Under the pieces are notes generated by a model. It ran no database searches and was not told the DNA's origin. It saw only the letters and a program-made list of their open reading frames with translations. Shown one piece after another: positions 62,715-64,000 of a stretch of 64,000 nt of DNA (its first letter is position 1; each line of letters begins with the position of its first letter). The position numbers were made by a program, and so were the translations under genes. Source of the DNA: an uncultured Pseudomonadales bacterium (lineage in GTDB: Bacteria > Patescibacteriota > Microgenomatia > UBA1400 > UBA1449); contig CAYLQQ010000002.1 in the NCBI GenBank assembly GCA_964386355.1, positions 45,374-109,373 of the forward strand, read 5' to 3'.

Positions 62715-63866
62715 TTAGCCAAGTATAATCTCTTTCAGCAACTCTTCCGTTTCTATCCCCTTATCCTCATGGTCCGGGTGCAGGTATATTTTAATCCGCC
62801 AACACAGTTTTTGGATCGGTTCATGTTCAGTTTGTACCGTAGGTCCTATGAAGGGAAGATGAATCTTTTTAAAGCCTTTATCTTTGCCTGCGTATACGGT
62901 CACGCATTCTCGGGGGATTGATAAGCTATCAGATAGTATATCTGCGATTTTTTGTCGCTCTGTCCAGCTGGTGCATAACGTTTGGACTATTTCACTGACT
63001 TTGTCAACCTCACTAACCTCACCAGCAGGTTTGTAAAAACGCCATGCTCTCATGTCATGAATCAGATTTTGAGTTTGAGGATTACATCTGTGTTCAAGTG
63101 TATACAGAGCTTGAGAGTCGGTAAGGTCAAAAAAATGCTCATCTAGCTCTTTATTTTCAAATGCAAACTGCATAGCTCTAAAAAGCATCGTTTCGGGTGT
63201 TAAATTAAGATCAGAATACACAACATCATACACAAGCCGCCTGCACAATTCCCATTTCTGTATCTGACCGATAAAATCTCCCTTTAGAGCTAATTTACCA
63301 TCCGACATCATATATGCATGTAAAAGCTGTTTTGGATCGTAAAAGTTGACAGGGATGATACCAATGGCTGAACCCCAACGAAGTGAGTTATCGATGTTAT
63401 CCAAATCAATTGAACCATTTATTAAATCAGACCATGGAGCGTACTCTCCGGTAATCAATCTGTATACAGTTTGTGGATCGGCACCAAACTTCTTGATAGC
63501 ATCGCTGTTATCCTTGGAAAAAATTGCATTTTGAGCAAACTCTTCATGATCTTTGCCTGTTATGTCTGACATAATCCGTTCTGTAATGTGTGAAAAAGGG
63601 GGACTGCCAGTATCATGGAATAGTGAAGCGACTAATAAATCTTTTTTAAGATGTTCGAACTCAGGTCTTAAAGTAAGAAGTTGGGAAAGGTAGGCGACCC
63701 CTACTGAGTGTTCAAACCTAGATCCAATCATACCAGATGGAGTGGCTAAAGGCGGGACTGCTGAAAGTGATATATCCCGGATTCGTGTCAAAGCAGGAGT
63801 CTGAAAAAGCTTGAAAAGGTCATTATCAAACTCGAGTTGGCCATAGAGGGGGTCAAGGTAGTACAT
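62715..63866 (-). CDS. HD-domain dNTP-triphosphohydrolase-like protein
   Basis: RFEHSVGVAYLSQ and LFHDTGSPPFSH match the dGTPase/SAMHD1-type HD motif. Confidence 0.55.
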   Translation of the reverse strand: MYYLDPLYGQLEFDNDLFKLFQTPALTRIRDISLSAVPPLATPSGMIGSRFEHSVGVAYLSQLLTLRPEFEHLKKDLLVASLFHDTGSPPFSHITERIMSDITGKDHEEFAQNAIFSKDNSDAIKKFGADPQTVYRLITGEYAPWSDLINGSIDLDNIDNSLRWGSAIGIIPVNFYDPKQLLHAYMMSDGKLALKGDFIGQIQKWELCRRLVYDVVYSDLNLTPETMLFRAMQFAFENKELDEHFFDLTDSQALYTLEHRCNPQTQNLIHDMRAWRFYKPAGEVSEVDKVSEIVQTLCTSWTERQKIADILSDSLSIPRECVTVYAGKDKGFKKIHLPFIGPTVQTEHEPIQKLCWRIKIYLHPDHEDKGIETEELLKEIILG

Positions 63867-64000
63867 AATAAGGTATTATACTTTAATTAAGCGACTTATT
63901 CAGTTTGGATTGCTCACTACTTCTACTTATTAATGACATCATATGATTTACTATTGTTAATATATGTGGTTCAAGATGAGAGCCTGTGCTGGTATGACAT

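Overview
Dense, low-GC (about 38%) bacterial window with short intergenic gaps and many overlapping or abutting genes on both strands. A small-genome lineage (possibly Patescibacteria/CPR-like) is my inference, not a demonstrated placement.

Recognisable housekeeping content:
- A split F-type ATPase gene set.
- SecDF.
- Three aminoacyl-tRNA synthetases: AspRS, SerRS and class-I LysRS.
- RecJ, the CCA-adding enzyme, RlmN, GreA, MiaA and a MiaB-like protein, Lon, M24 and M29 peptidases, two ABC systems (one a GldF/GldG-type fusion), and one tRNA-Glu(CUC).
- Many secreted or membrane proteins of unknown function.

Main findings:
1. A secreted Ig-like (Big_2) repeat protein ends in a clear ATP-synthase c-subunit hairpin that lacks the ion-binding carboxylate. 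It sits directly upstream of atpF-atpH, and no a-subunit gene is in the window. The F1 genes (alpha, gamma, beta, and an 86-aa epsilon) lie about 19 kb away, with a 796-aa polytopic membrane protein inserted between gamma and beta.
2. Two T-box-like leaders lie upstream of aspS and serS. They share architecture, and each has a specifier-like hairpin loop (CU-NNN-AA) carrying the cognate codon.
3. Two synthetases carry fused editing-type domains: AspRS with a YbaK/ProX-like deacylase domain, and class-I LysRS with a B3/4-like domain.
4. Two paralogous Ser/Thr-rich secreted proteins share a C-terminal domain I cannot place, next to GT-C-like membrane glycosyltransferase candidates.

No CRISPR, rRNA or obvious mobile element was seen. 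All calls are from reading the sequence and the ORF translations; no searches were run.
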